From the NCBI GenBank assembly GCA_014859985.1, contig JACZKN010000092.1, positions 5,980-69,979 on the forward strand: a DNA stretch of 64,000 nt. The letters run 5' to 3'. A program made the position numbers and the translations under genes. This DNA comes from Candidatus Krumholzibacteriia bacterium. GTDB lineage: Bacteria; Krumholzibacteriota; Krumholzibacteriia; LZORAL124-64-63. Under the pieces are notes generated by a model. It was not told where the DNA came from, ran no database searches, and saw only the letters and a program-made list of their open reading frames with translations. Positions 1-9,197 of this stretch are shown here, piece by piece. Numbering within the stretch: the first letter of the stretch is position 1; each line of letters starts with the position of its first letter.

Positions 1-126
1 TCCCGATCGACCCTCGACCGGCCGCGGCCTTTGCGGTAGTGTAGCAAGCTGTACGTCACGACATCTGGCCGCGAGGCAGACCGCAGCTCCGATGTCCGGC
101 TTCCTACCCTAAGAGCGTGCTCCAGC

Positions 127-327
127 ATGGCGGCGAGGAAGTACAAGTGTCCGAGTTGCGGTAGTTGGGCGGCCGTTAGGATCGTCTACGGGCTTCCGAC
201 GCCGGAGACCTGGGATCTGTCCGAGGCCGGCGAGATCGCGCTCGGCGGTTGCTGCCAGGAGATCGGCGCCCCCGACCGGAGGTGCAAGAAGTGCCGGTTC
301 GAATGGAATTCGAGGAACCATGAATAG
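127..327 (+). CDS. small zinc-ribbon protein (66 aa)
   Basis: CPSCGS...CKKCRF two CxxC pairs; overlaps start of next gene by 8 nt (translational coupling). Confidence 0.4.
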   Translation: MAARKYKCPSCGSWAAVRIVYGLPTPETWDLSEAGEIALGGCCQEIGAPDRRCKKCRFEWNSRNHE

Positions 328-1132
328 GCTGAGACTGCTCTCCCTACTTGAAGCTGCGGGTGTCGCTATTGACCGTAACAGCTACAAGATCCACCTCGCC
401 ACGGGAGACGATTTCCCGCCCATCGACGCCTTCTACGCTGGCGCCTTCAAGGAATGGCAGGAGAACCAAGCCAACAGGAACTTCGGCCGAGACATGGTAA
501 TCGGCCTGATCCACCTGGGTGCTGACCGCTGGTTGTTCGCCGGGGTGTATCGGGTCTTGGGATTCCAGCCAGCGGGCGAGCGGTTCAAGTACGAGACTGC
601 GCTCCTAGACGGCCAGGAAGACCTCATCGGCCGCTTGATCGTCCAGCACAAGCGCTCAGCCCGCGCCGCCTACCTGGTCGGCCAACCCGACGGCGGCCCT
701 TTTTACGTGGCCGAGTACCGGGCCCAGCCCATGGCCGTCGAGGATTTCCCGGGGTACAACTCCGTCTCCATCTCCTATTCGAAGCTCGCCCTGATCGTCG
801 CCCAGAACCTCGACACCTGGCGCGGGGCGCTCTCCAATATGAAGGGCGTCTACCTGATCACGGATCTCAACACGGGCAAGCTCTACGTCGGCAGCGCCAC
901 GGGCAATGACGGCCTCTGGCAGCGGTTGTGCGCCTACGCCGCGTCCGGACACGGGGGGAACAAGGATCTCAAACGCGTCCTCGGCGAGCATGGCGCTCGA
1001 TACGTCGAGAACTTCCAGTACTCCCTGCTGGAGGTCGCAGACTCGCGGGCGACTGACGAGTACATCCTGGGCCGGGAGTCGTTCTGGAAGTGCGTGGTGG
1101 CGAGTAGGCAATTCGGCTACAACGCGAACTGA
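320..1132 (+). CDS. GIY-YIG nuclease-domain protein with uncharacterised ~170-aa N-terminal domain
   Basis: C-terminal GVYLITDLNTGKLYVGSA...R..H...E matches the GIY-YIG motif; N-terminal part unrecognised. Confidence 0.55.
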   Translation: MNRLRLLSLLEAAGVAIDRNSYKIHLATGDDFPPIDAFYAGAFKEWQENQANRNFGRDMVIGLIHLGADRWLFAGVYRVLGFQPAGERFKYETALLDGQEDLIGRLIVQHKRSARAAYLVGQPDGGPFYVAEYRAQPMAVEDFPGYNSVSISYSKLALIVAQNLDTWRGALSNMKGVYLITDLNTGKLYVGSATGNDGLWQRLCAYAASGHGGNKDLKRVLGEHGARYVENFQYSLLEVADSRATDEYILGRESFWKCVVASRQFGYNAN

Positions 1133-1324
1133 CCGTCTCCAGGCTCCAGACCTACCTGACGAAGATGGGATGGGCGTCGCCGGGACTTTGGTGGGGGCCA
1201 TTCAGTACAACCCCACGGCCCCCGGAGGTGATTCCGCAGTCTGAATTGATTTTCGTTGAGGGAGCTTCAGCTCCGCGCCGTTAGTGCGGGCTTGCGGACG
1301 GGGTTTTGCGTAGGGGCAGGCAGG

Positions 1325-1981
1325 TTACAGAACGCTCACGTATAGTCCCCGGTATCCTGGACCCGCGCTGAGTATTATATAATCGGATTCGACGCGTAGA
1401 TTGGCACCCGCATCGATTGTCGCCATCTTTCTGCGAATCGCCGGGCCGGCTGCCCGGAGTAGTAAGCTGTGTACAGGCATGGTCGCTGGACGCACGATCA
1501 AATACCAGCGGTGAATTGGTCCCATGTCGCGTTGGACCTTCGCCAGTTCGGTGACAGCCGCTTCAGCCGGAAGCTCCTTGCGTATGTGACGAAAGATGGG
1601 CAAATCATCGACGACAAAATATTGTGCACAAGCCCCCTGAGACGAGAATGATTCAATCGCCTTGCTGCCTTGACGCACGAACCGATATAGCTCGAGCGTC
1701 GGAGGGGCAGATGGAGTGTACTTCACTCCAATTGCCACACGATCCGTCTGCCGAATGGTCTCAATCGCCCATTGGTGGAGGGCCGGCCAGGCAGCTACCG
1801 TAGTCGGAGGCAGCGACAGACCTTGTGCGGCACGGGGCAAGCAGTTGAACCGTATCGACCCGTCCGACCCAAGTCCAAGTTCTAAACCCCATGAGCCCTC
1901 AAGGAGCTGAAGATCCTTAGCGATGGCCACGAACTGGGGGTCGGCCCCAATAGAGGCAAGAGCAGCATCTATACAGTTCAT
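1325..1981 (-). CDS. hypothetical protein, translationally coupled (ATGA overlap) to upstream ATP-grasp ligase
   Basis: 218-aa ORF, no recognisable motifs; start overlaps ATP-grasp stop by 4 nt. Confidence 0.45.
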   Translation of the reverse strand: MNCIDAALASIGADPQFVAIAKDLQLLEGSWGLELGLGSDGSIRFNCLPRAAQGLSLPPTTVAAWPALHQWAIETIRQTDRVAIGVKYTPSAPPTLELYRFVRQGSKAIESFSSQGACAQYFVVDDLPIFRHIRKELPAEAAVTELAKVQRDMGPIHRWYLIVRPATMPVHSLLLRAAGPAIRRKMATIDAGANLRVESDYIILSAGPGYRGLYVSVL

Positions 1982-3012
1982 ACATGCACCGGCGGCGACT
2001 GCAAGATTGTGGCGATTGCGCGGCTAATCGGGAGGCCGGCAAGCTTTTCCGTCCATAGCCACTGTCCGTTTGGGTTCAGATCGAGAAATACAAACTTGCC
2101 GGTGGGCGTCACTGCGAAATCGATGCTCGCGAAATACAGCCCGAGGGATCTGACGAACCGGGTGCATGTCGCCTCCACTTCTTCCGGGAGCGCTATCGCC
2201 CTGTGAGAGACCTCGTCGAAGTTGTACCTCCGATAGTCGTGACGCGTGTCTGGATAGTCCTGTGAATGGATTGCGCACGCGAAGACTTGGTCTCCAACCA
2301 CGGTTGCTCTTACTTCGAATGCCTTAGGAATCCTCTCTTGGACAAGGCATGGTGCGGACTTCCACAAATGGTCGAGGACCAAGTCTTCTTCATTCAGGGG
2401 TTGCGAATATACAGCGTGCCTTCCGGTCGGGTAGTCGATCCATTGACTTCGTTGCAGCTTGAAGATCACGTCTCGGTTGTGATCCTCGTAGAACGCTCGT
2501 GCAAGCGTCACCGATGTCGTGACGAGTGTGTCAGGTATGTTGAACCCAAACCGTGCCGCCAGTTGATACTGGTAGCACTTCCGGTCCAGGGGTTCGTACA
2601 CGTCGCGATCGCACAAAACGAAGCCATCAAAGGCGGTGACAAGCGCCCTGAGGAGTTCGTCACGTTCGGAGACGATGATTCTGTGCTCATCTGAGCTCAC
2701 GCCAGCCGTGGCAGTGTCGGGGTCCTGGATTCTTCGGTGCCATATCGACCGCAAAGCCGTTGACGGTATTACTTCCATTCCAATCTGGATGGACCAACTG
2801 GCGTTTCCGGCTATGTGTTGGAAGCAAGGCTCGTGCTCGAATGGGTACTTGTCCGTATCGATTCGAACGAACGGTGTGCCCTCGTCCTCAAGCCACTCGC
2901 ATACGGCGGTTGCGTGTGGGTCGTCCGAGTAGGTTAGGATGAGAACGGTCAAGCGGGTCTCCCAAGCATACCAAGAAGGTGTTGCGCGGGGAGCATCGTA
3001 CCCGCGGGCCAC
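1978..3012 (-). CDS. ATP-grasp peptide ligase (MdnC/MvdD-like graspetide maturase family)
   Basis: N-terminal LTVLILTYSDDPHATAV..FVRIDTD and C-terminal FVFLDLNPNGQWLW..GLPI fit microviridin-type ATP-grasp ligases. GTG start at 3012 taken from the ORF track. Confidence 0.65.
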   Translation of the reverse strand: MARGYDAPRATPSWYAWETRLTVLILTYSDDPHATAVCEWLEDEGTPFVRIDTDKYPFEHEPCFQHIAGNASWSIQIGMEVIPSTALRSIWHRRIQDPDTATAGVSSDEHRIIVSERDELLRALVTAFDGFVLCDRDVYEPLDRKCYQYQLAARFGFNIPDTLVTTSVTLARAFYEDHNRDVIFKLQRSQWIDYPTGRHAVYSQPLNEEDLVLDHLWKSAPCLVQERIPKAFEVRATVVGDQVFACAIHSQDYPDTRHDYRRYNFDEVSHRAIALPEEVEATCTRFVRSLGLYFASIDFAVTPTGKFVFLDLNPNGQWLWTEKLAGLPISRAIATILQSPPVHV

Positions 3013-3033
3013 GACTTGGCCAAGCCTGACTAG

Positions 3034-3213
3034 CTAGTAGTCGTCGGGCACCCAAACACCGCCGATGGTGCTAGCCGAGGGCCACGTGGCGGCCTGCTCG
3101 CTCCTTGGGATGACGACCGGCGTCGCCTTCCGTCCAGCGAGCGTCTGGGCGGTCTGCTGGACGGCGGGCGGACGATCGGTGGAGCGGTTGGGTTGGGTGT
3201 TGGCGGTGTTCAT
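3034..3213 (-). CDS. candidate precursor peptide (59 aa) for the ATP-grasp ligase: MNTANTQPNRSTDRPPAVQQTAQTLAGRKATPVVIPRSEQAATWPSASTIGGVWVPDDY
   Basis: Hand-translated; absent from ORF track (below 60 aa). ATG at 3213 (minus) preceded by GGGGAGAAcg SD; stop 21 nt upstream of the ATP-grasp start; C-terminus rich in Thr/Ser and Asp (ester donor/acceptor residues). Confidence 0.5.
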   Translation of the reverse strand: MNTANTQPNRSTDRPPAVQQTAQTLAGRKATPVVIPRSEQAATWPSASTIGGVWVPDDY

Positions 3214-3701
3214 CGTTCTCCCCCTAAGTATTCACTTGCGATGAGTTCGCTTGAAGCGTGTGACCATGCGAGCGAGGCGAGTCAATTGAGAAATACGAGC
3301 AAGAAACTGTAGTCCAGAATCACTGGCCTGACCTCTCCCTGCGACAAGCGTTAACCCGCCAACGTGGGAGCAAGGCGGCGGACGAGCGATAGTACCTGCG
3401 AGCAATGCTTGCCCGTGCGAACGATACCAGATTCGACGCCTGTTTTCAAGCAACTTGGCGGTAGGACTTGGCGGTAGGATAGCTGGGTGAGGCCGTGCTA
3501 GCCCCAACTTGACCACAGATCTGCCACCGTGAAGGACTAAGGCGTAGTAGCGTAGATAGTTGCAGCGATATCGGCCGACATCTTGTAGGGGCGACTCATC
3601 GGAGCTAAACAACTATATTAGCTTCACAATTTCGCATTATTCACTGTACAAGTCGGGGCGACCGTGATAGCATACCCCCAGCCAAGAGGAGCTGGCGGCC
3701 C

Positions 3702-3917
3702 ATGCATCTGCGCATTTCCACCAGGAAGAAGGACCGTAAGACCTACCAGTACGTCCAGCTCGTCGAGAGCTTCCGGCGTGACGACGGCGTCCCCAGCCGC
3801 CGGACCGTCGCTAACTTGGGCCGGCTGACCGACCGTGAGATCGCCAACCTGCGCGTTGCCCTGCAGGCGTCGAGGTTGGGGATCACGCTTGAGCTTCCCG
3901 AGAGCGCCGACGATTAG
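3702..3917 (+). pseudogene. IS1634-family transposase N-terminal fragment (remnant)
   Basis: MHLRISTRKKDRKTYQYVQLVESFRRDDGVPSRRTVANLGRL matches the conserved N-terminus of IS1634-type transposases; ORF stops after 71 aa with no continuation; lower-GC scar 3240-3700. Confidence 0.5.
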
Positions 3918-3988
3918 GCCGATGGCATTAGCAGCCGCCGCACTGCAGCCTCAGTTCGGAGGCCCCATGCATTCGACCATCACCCACC

Positions 3989-4162
3989 CTACTTCGCCGC
4001 CGCCGTCTTCACTTTCGGCAGCACCTCGCACCCGTAGTAGCAGCACGCGCCCTTCTTCGCCTTGGGCGTCAGGCCGAGATCCTTGATCGCCTTCTTCACT
4101 TTCGTGTCGGGCAGGCCGAGCTCCTTCGCGATCGCACCGGCGGTCAACAAGTCGTCGGGCAT
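3989..4162 (-). CDS. small hypothetical protein (57 aa) with HTH-like N-terminus and CCYYGC motif
   Basis: Internal ATG at 4162 preceded by GAAGGAGGA SD; AIAKELGLPDTKVKKAIKDLGL helix-like. Confidence 0.35.
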   Translation of the reverse strand: MPDDLLTAGAIAKELGLPDTKVKKAIKDLGLTPKAKKGACCYYGCEVLPKVKTAAAK

Positions 4163-4271
4163 TGGTCGGTCCTCCTTCGCTTGCCATGGGCAGTTGGGTC
4201 CGGGGCTCGTGAGTTCAGGAACCTGGGGACGATAGATCGTAGTCATCTCTCAGCCCGTTGCTGAGGCGCGC

Positions 4272-5177
4272 TCATTTCACCAAGACCATCCTCTTCGTCT
4301 CGCTGTAGTCGCCGAACTCAAGGCGATAAAAGTAGACGCCAGCGGCTACGCGACGGCCCGCCGTATCTCGGCCTCGCCATACGGCTTCGTTGCGCCCCTC
4401 ATTAACGGTCTCGTTGCCGAGTATAACATCTACCAATCGTCCCGCCGCGTCGAACACCGAAAGGCAGACAACCCCCTGCTCAGTCACGTAGAATGGGATC
4501 GTCGTAGAGGGATTGAAGGGATTGGGGAAACACGGGCGAAGCAGGTCCTTCCCGGCGACCTCGCCGAGTTCACCCGCACTCGACAAACCAAGACCGTATG
4601 CCGTCCAGGCAAACCCACAGTAACCCCATGTCTCGTCACCTGTACTCACCATACGCACCCCCACCTGATAGTCGGGGTGTTCCTCTACTAGGCCGGCGGG
4701 AATCGTCAGAAGCAGCGTAGCGGTCATGACGCCGGGCGTCAGCGGATTCGCGTCGAATCGGAACTCCGCGTCCGTATTGATGTCATATCTTGTATCGTAT
4801 ATGAATACGATTTCATTCGGCTCAGTACCCCCGTCACTGACAACGCCAGCTCCGGTGAGCGGGAAAAAGTTACCTGGGCCGGCTCCGGCGCCATAGATCC
4901 TCAATCGTATTGCATTCGAGGTAGCTCCCGTTGGAGATTCGAGCGCAAGCGCCACGAGTACCCTATCAAGGCCGCCGCCACAGCTCCCGACGCAATATGT
5001 CGTACTCTCCCTGGACGGTGCAAACGACCAGAGCGAGAAGCCATTCCCGCCAGAACATCCACCCGTTCGGACCCAATAGTCCGCGGCATTGACTGCCGGC
5101 CCAGACCCCAACACGCCCACCAGAAACAACATGGCAATTCCGAGTGGACGCAAAGTACCTCGCACTTGCCGCAACAT
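4272..5177 (-). CDS. secreted protein with C-terminal FlgD-Ig/T9SS-like sorting domain
   Basis: Signal peptide MLRQVRGTLRPLGIAMLFLVGVLGSGPAVNAA from ATG at 5177; C-terminal CFPNPFNPSTTIPFYV...GVYFYRLEFGDYSETKRMVLVK motif. Confidence 0.55.
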   Translation of the reverse strand: MLRQVRGTLRPLGIAMLFLVGVLGSGPAVNAADYWVRTGGCSGGNGFSLWSFAPSRESTTYCVGSCGGGLDRVLVALALESPTGATSNAIRLRIYGAGAGPGNFFPLTGAGVVSDGGTEPNEIVFIYDTRYDINTDAEFRFDANPLTPGVMTATLLLTIPAGLVEEHPDYQVGVRMVSTGDETWGYCGFAWTAYGLGLSSAGELGEVAGKDLLRPCFPNPFNPSTTIPFYVTEQGVVCLSVFDAAGRLVDVILGNETVNEGRNEAVWRGRDTAGRRVAAGVYFYRLEFGDYSETKRMVLVK

Positions 5178-5852
5178 GAAGCACCCCGCGTATTCAGGAA
5201 AGTATGCCCCCCAGTGGACCAGGGGACCCAAAATGGTCTGCCACAGGGAAAAGGCTATCACAGATGGAGACACGATCACAAGTCGACGGGCACTTTCGCG
5301 GCATTCTCAGGCAACGACCATTCGAGCTCCCGGTTGTCCAATCTCGAGCGCGTGCCGCGGGCGCGACGGTATCGGCTTCGTCCCAGACGCCCCAAACCTC
5401 ACATTCATACCCCCAATAAGACCAGGCCAGCGGCCGGTATATCATTTAGGGGGATGATAGATACAAAGTCGCCCCTACAACGCTCTCGCAAGCGATTGCT
5501 GCCCAACGATTACACGTTTGGTGTGGTCGAGATTCTGACAACTGCTGGGTCTGAGCACCGCACAAAAACACAGACACAGACTGGTTCAGACAAAAACCGA
5601 CGGCCGTTCTGTTAACCGCGGGCGATTCAGACAGGCACGGTTCTCGCCTCCCACCCTCGCAAAACCCTTTGCCCCCGCGTCTTATAGCGACAAAAAAAGC
5701 AGGCGCAATGCACCTGCCCTCGTTTCCCTATTTGAAAAACTTGGCTCCCCAAACGTAACAGTTCTCGACACCGCCGCCGGCCCGGATGGGCCAAGCCCGA
5801 GGTCTGGTTCCGGATCGTCCATATCGCCCAGGAAGGCGCGGATAGGGCACCA

Positions 5853-6311
5853 GTGGCCGCCTACCGCGAACAGACGGTGGAAATCGCCCTGGGGCCCAAG
5901 GGGGCGTTCCAGACCGGGATCGTGGGCGCCCTGAAACGACGGGTGGCGCCTGACCAGACCGTCAACGCCCTGTCGGCCAAGGCCCGGAACCGGAAGCCGC
6001 CCAAGCCTCCCCAGACCCCGAAAGTGGTCGAGCTTCTCAGGACGGCCCAGGAGTGGCGGCGACAGCTCGACGCGGGCGAGGTCACGAACCAGGCCGAAAT
6101 CGCCCGTCGAGAAGGGATCACGCGCGCCCGGGTGACCCAGGTCATGAGTCTGGTACGCCTCGCGCCCGATATCCAGGAATACGTCCTGTCCCTCCCCGAA
6201 ACGGTCCGCCGACCGATAATCACCGAACGCGCTCTGCGGCCCATCGCGCTCCTGGAGACGGCGACCGACCAGAAGACCAGGTTTCAGGAACTCATCTCGG
6301 ACATCTCGTAG
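5853..6311 (+). CDS. DNA-binding protein with ParB/KorB-type HTH
   Basis: EVTNQAEIARREGITRARVTQVMSLVRLAPDIQEYVL resembles the ParB-family HTH; no ParB N-terminal nuclease motif. Confidence 0.4.
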   Translation: MAAYREQTVEIALGPKGAFQTGIVGALKRRVAPDQTVNALSAKARNRKPPKPPQTPKVVELLRTAQEWRRQLDAGEVTNQAEIARREGITRARVTQVMSLVRLAPDIQEYVLSLPETVRRPIITERALRPIALLETATDQKTRFQELISDIS

Positions 6312-6381
6312 AACGCACCCGTGATCAACTGGTGTGCTGAACAGGTTGCACCGCGGCAAATCGTGGGCTATTCTCGCCGAC

Positions 6382-7113
6382 ATGCCAAGATTTGACGACT
6401 TCATCGTATTCGTGGACGAGAGTGGGGACCATTGGATGGCCACCCCGGACCCGAATTACCCGATCTTCGTCCTTGCGTTCTGCCTCTTCAAGAAGAGCGA
6501 CTACTCCCATGTCGCCGTGCCAAAGCTGATCGACTTCAAATTCAAGCACTTCGGACACGACCAGATAGTTCTGCACGAGCGCGAGATCAGGAAATCGAAG
6601 GGTGACTTCAGCATACTCCAAATCGAGTCGGTTCGGGAAGCTTTCCAGCGCGACACAAACCAACTGATAGAAGATTCCCCGTTCACGCTAGTTGCCGGAG
6701 TGATCGACAAGGTCCGACTCCAGAACAACTACGCTACCCCGGAGAACCCGTACCACCTCGCAATGACGTTTGGCCTGGAGCGGATCTACCTTCATCTACA
6801 CAACTTTACGCCAGGAACGGTCTGGTTTGTCTTTGAGGAGCGGGGCAAGAAGGAGGATGCCGATCTGGAGCTGCAATTCCGGCGGGTGTGTGAAACAAAC
6901 GCAACGAGGAATGCGCTTCCGTTCAGAATCCGGTTCGCTTCGAAGGCCTCGAATTCGTGTGGGCTCCAGATCGCTGATCTGCTCGCGCGTCCGATCGGCC
7001 GGCACGTGATGAACCCGACCCAACCGAACAGGGCCTATGAGATCATCGAGCCGAAGTTCAGACGGAATCCACAGGGACGGATTGAAGGCTGGGGGCTCAA
7101 GGAGTTCCCGTAA
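6382..7113 (+). CDS. DUF3800-family protein
   Basis: N-terminal FIVFVDESGD and C-terminal GLQIADLLARPIGRH hallmarks; ATG at 6382. Confidence 0.55.
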   Translation: MPRFDDFIVFVDESGDHWMATPDPNYPIFVLAFCLFKKSDYSHVAVPKLIDFKFKHFGHDQIVLHEREIRKSKGDFSILQIESVREAFQRDTNQLIEDSPFTLVAGVIDKVRLQNNYATPENPYHLAMTFGLERIYLHLHNFTPGTVWFVFEERGKKEDADLELQFRRVCETNATRNALPFRIRFASKASNSCGLQIADLLARPIGRHVMNPTQPNRAYEIIEPKFRRNPQGRIEGWGLKEFP

Positions 7114-7221
7114 AAGCGAAGGGCCCCGACTTTCGCCGAGGCCACAACGCCGACCGAGTATTCCCAGTCCATTTTCACACAGGTTAGGGCTGGCCGGCCC
7201 GGGAGTCAATGGGAAATCGAG

Positions 7222-7953
7222 ATGAAATTGCTAACCGTAGATCAAAACGAGATCGCCACACGGCGGGTGAACGAGGCCATTGAGAAGCGCATAGGCCAGC
7301 TCCGGCTGGACTTGAAAGCCCTGAAGGAAGAGCTGAGTAACCGAGGCCTTCAGCTCGACTCGGGCGTTGCGTATCAGGAGTTCGCTCGACTAGCAGGGAC
7401 CACACTGGATGACCTAATTTGGGGTGCTTGGATGGCCCTACGCGACTTTCTAGGGGAAGTCGATCTCATCGCTCCAACCGGACTCGCCCGCGACGTCCAC
7501 GAGTTTCTTCGCCCGCAGACCGATCAACTTGAGCGTGTCGCCTTGGGGGTCGTCTACGAGAACCTCCACACTCTGAAGGAAGGGAATCCGAAGTACCGTA
7601 ATGAACTCGATCTCGCGCTCAAGAAAGCAATAGGCGATCGCAAACGACAGGTCTGGAACCGCGTCTGTACGGATTCCCGGTTGCTTGAAGAGCGACTAAG
7701 GAAGGAACAGCAAGTAGACGATCGAAGGGAACGACGCGCCGACAGGCGAGCACTCACGACCGCGATCTGGACCGTCGTAGCGACGGTGGTGCTAACAACG
7801 CTTGCCGGCCTTCTATTCAGGCCACGCGGTGAACCGGCTGGAGTCGCTCGACCAGAAAGTATCCAGCAGGTCGAAGTGCTACCAGATACGACATCTGCCG
7901 ATACTGTCGTCCGAGCGCCCTTGGACACAGCGACCGTAGACACGACGCGCTAG
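7222..7953 (+). CDS. coiled-coil protein with C-terminal transmembrane anchor, hypothetical
   Basis: 243 aa; charged helical N-terminal part, TM segment ALTTAIWTVVATVVLTTLAGLLF. Confidence 0.4.
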   Translation: MKLLTVDQNEIATRRVNEAIEKRIGQLRLDLKALKEELSNRGLQLDSGVAYQEFARLAGTTLDDLIWGAWMALRDFLGEVDLIAPTGLARDVHEFLRPQTDQLERVALGVVYENLHTLKEGNPKYRNELDLALKKAIGDRKRQVWNRVCTDSRLLEERLRKEQQVDDRRERRADRRALTTAIWTVVATVVLTTLAGLLFRPRGEPAGVARPESIQQVEVLPDTTSADTVVRAPLDTATVDTTR

Positions 7954-8924
7954 TTCTCCAATAAACGCTTGAGCGACCCGCGAACATCACCGATGTACCT
8001 ACCCGCCGCACCAAGAGCCTGCGACACGAGGATATGCCGTTCGTTCTCCAATTCGCCGACGATGTGGTCGACAAACAGCTGAGGCACTCCAAGATGCCTC
8101 GCTATCTCGTTGGTCTGGCGAAGTCCATCGTTGAGGATCGCGAGGATGACGTTGCGATGGATCTCACTAAAGTTCGGCACATATGCCTCGAAGTAGGTCG
8201 ACCAGCCGTAGTTTGTGACTTGGAAGCTGTCGAGGTTTGGCCCCAATGTAGCGTGAACCTCAACGAGCCCATGGTTCTCTAACACGTCGAGTGTGTCCCG
8301 CAATTCAGCCTCCGGAATGGCCAGGTCCCTGAGGACCAGGCCTGGCTCAACAAGGTACTCGCCTGACTCGACCATGAACTCGCACGAGTACTTGAACACT
8401 GCGCTATCCAGAGAGTTGAGGCCGTAGATGTGGGCAGCGTCCGCGGTCACGTATGCCGGGGGCGGCCCCAGTGGAGGCTTTGGCCGGTGATCGTAGACTG
8501 CGGCAACGATACTCTCGATCGCCTGCGTCGGGTCCTCTAGGTCATCAACCCGCTGCCAGACCGTAGATCGGAGTGGCTCCGGCACGTCGCAACCGTCGAG
8601 AACGACGGGGATGATCCTCGCTCCCTTCTGGATACGGCCAACGACAGCGGCGTTGAGTTCCTCCTTCACCCACGGCTTCGAGACGCTGAACTGCGAGAGT
8701 ACAAGGATCACTGCCGATGCGTTTCGGAGGCCTTCGTTGAAGATCTTATCGACAAGCGAATCGCCTGGAAGGATTTCCCAGAAATCGAGCCATACGTCAA
8801 TACCCCGCTCGCGCAGTTGCTCTGCGAGTCGGAACACGAAACGTTCCTTATCCTCGGAGGCGTGACTCAAGAACACTCTCGGGGCGCGGTCTTTGGTTTC
8901 CATGACACGAATGCTCCTTGTCAC
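7950..8924 (-). CDS. TIR-domain protein with tandem winged-helix-like C-terminal domains
   Basis: RVFLSHASEDKERFV...AVILVLSQFSVSKPWVKEEL is a canonical TIR with the catalytic Glu context; C-terminal repeats LRDLAIPEAELRDTL and LRQTNEIARHLGVPQ look like wHTH. Confidence 0.65.
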   Translation of the reverse strand: MTRSIRVMETKDRAPRVFLSHASEDKERFVFRLAEQLRERGIDVWLDFWEILPGDSLVDKIFNEGLRNASAVILVLSQFSVSKPWVKEELNAAVVGRIQKGARIIPVVLDGCDVPEPLRSTVWQRVDDLEDPTQAIESIVAAVYDHRPKPPLGPPPAYVTADAAHIYGLNSLDSAVFKYSCEFMVESGEYLVEPGLVLRDLAIPEAELRDTLDVLENHGLVEVHATLGPNLDSFQVTNYGWSTYFEAYVPNFSEIHRNVILAILNDGLRQTNEIARHLGVPQLFVDHIVGELENERHILVSQALGAAGRYIGDVRGSLKRLLEN

Positions 8925-9197
8925 CGGGCGGGCACGGGTCCTACTTGCCGATCGTGTCGTAGTTGGGAACGGTGCCGTCCCTGCGATGAACTACGACTCC
9001 ACCGTCGCCCTTCCGTCGGGCGATCTTGTTTGCTGACTGGTCGGCCTCGTGCTGAGGTAGGCGACGGTTTTCCCCCTGGGCTCCATTGTGCTTCCCGCGT
9101 CAACCGACTTTGGGATAAGGCATTACTGGCCGATCGTTGGATCTTTCCGCCATGGTCAGCCCCCTAATCTACAAGTACCTCCCACCGGAAGAGGACA

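Noticed and set aside
3232-3612. 126-aa minus ORF upstream of the peptide
   Set aside because: Lies in the low-GC IS scar, no RBS, no motifs; more likely promoter/leader DNA for the peptide-ATP-grasp operon.
5682-6443. 253-aa minus-strand ORF
   Set aside because: Antisense to the ParB-HTH gene; low-complexity Arg/Gly composition.
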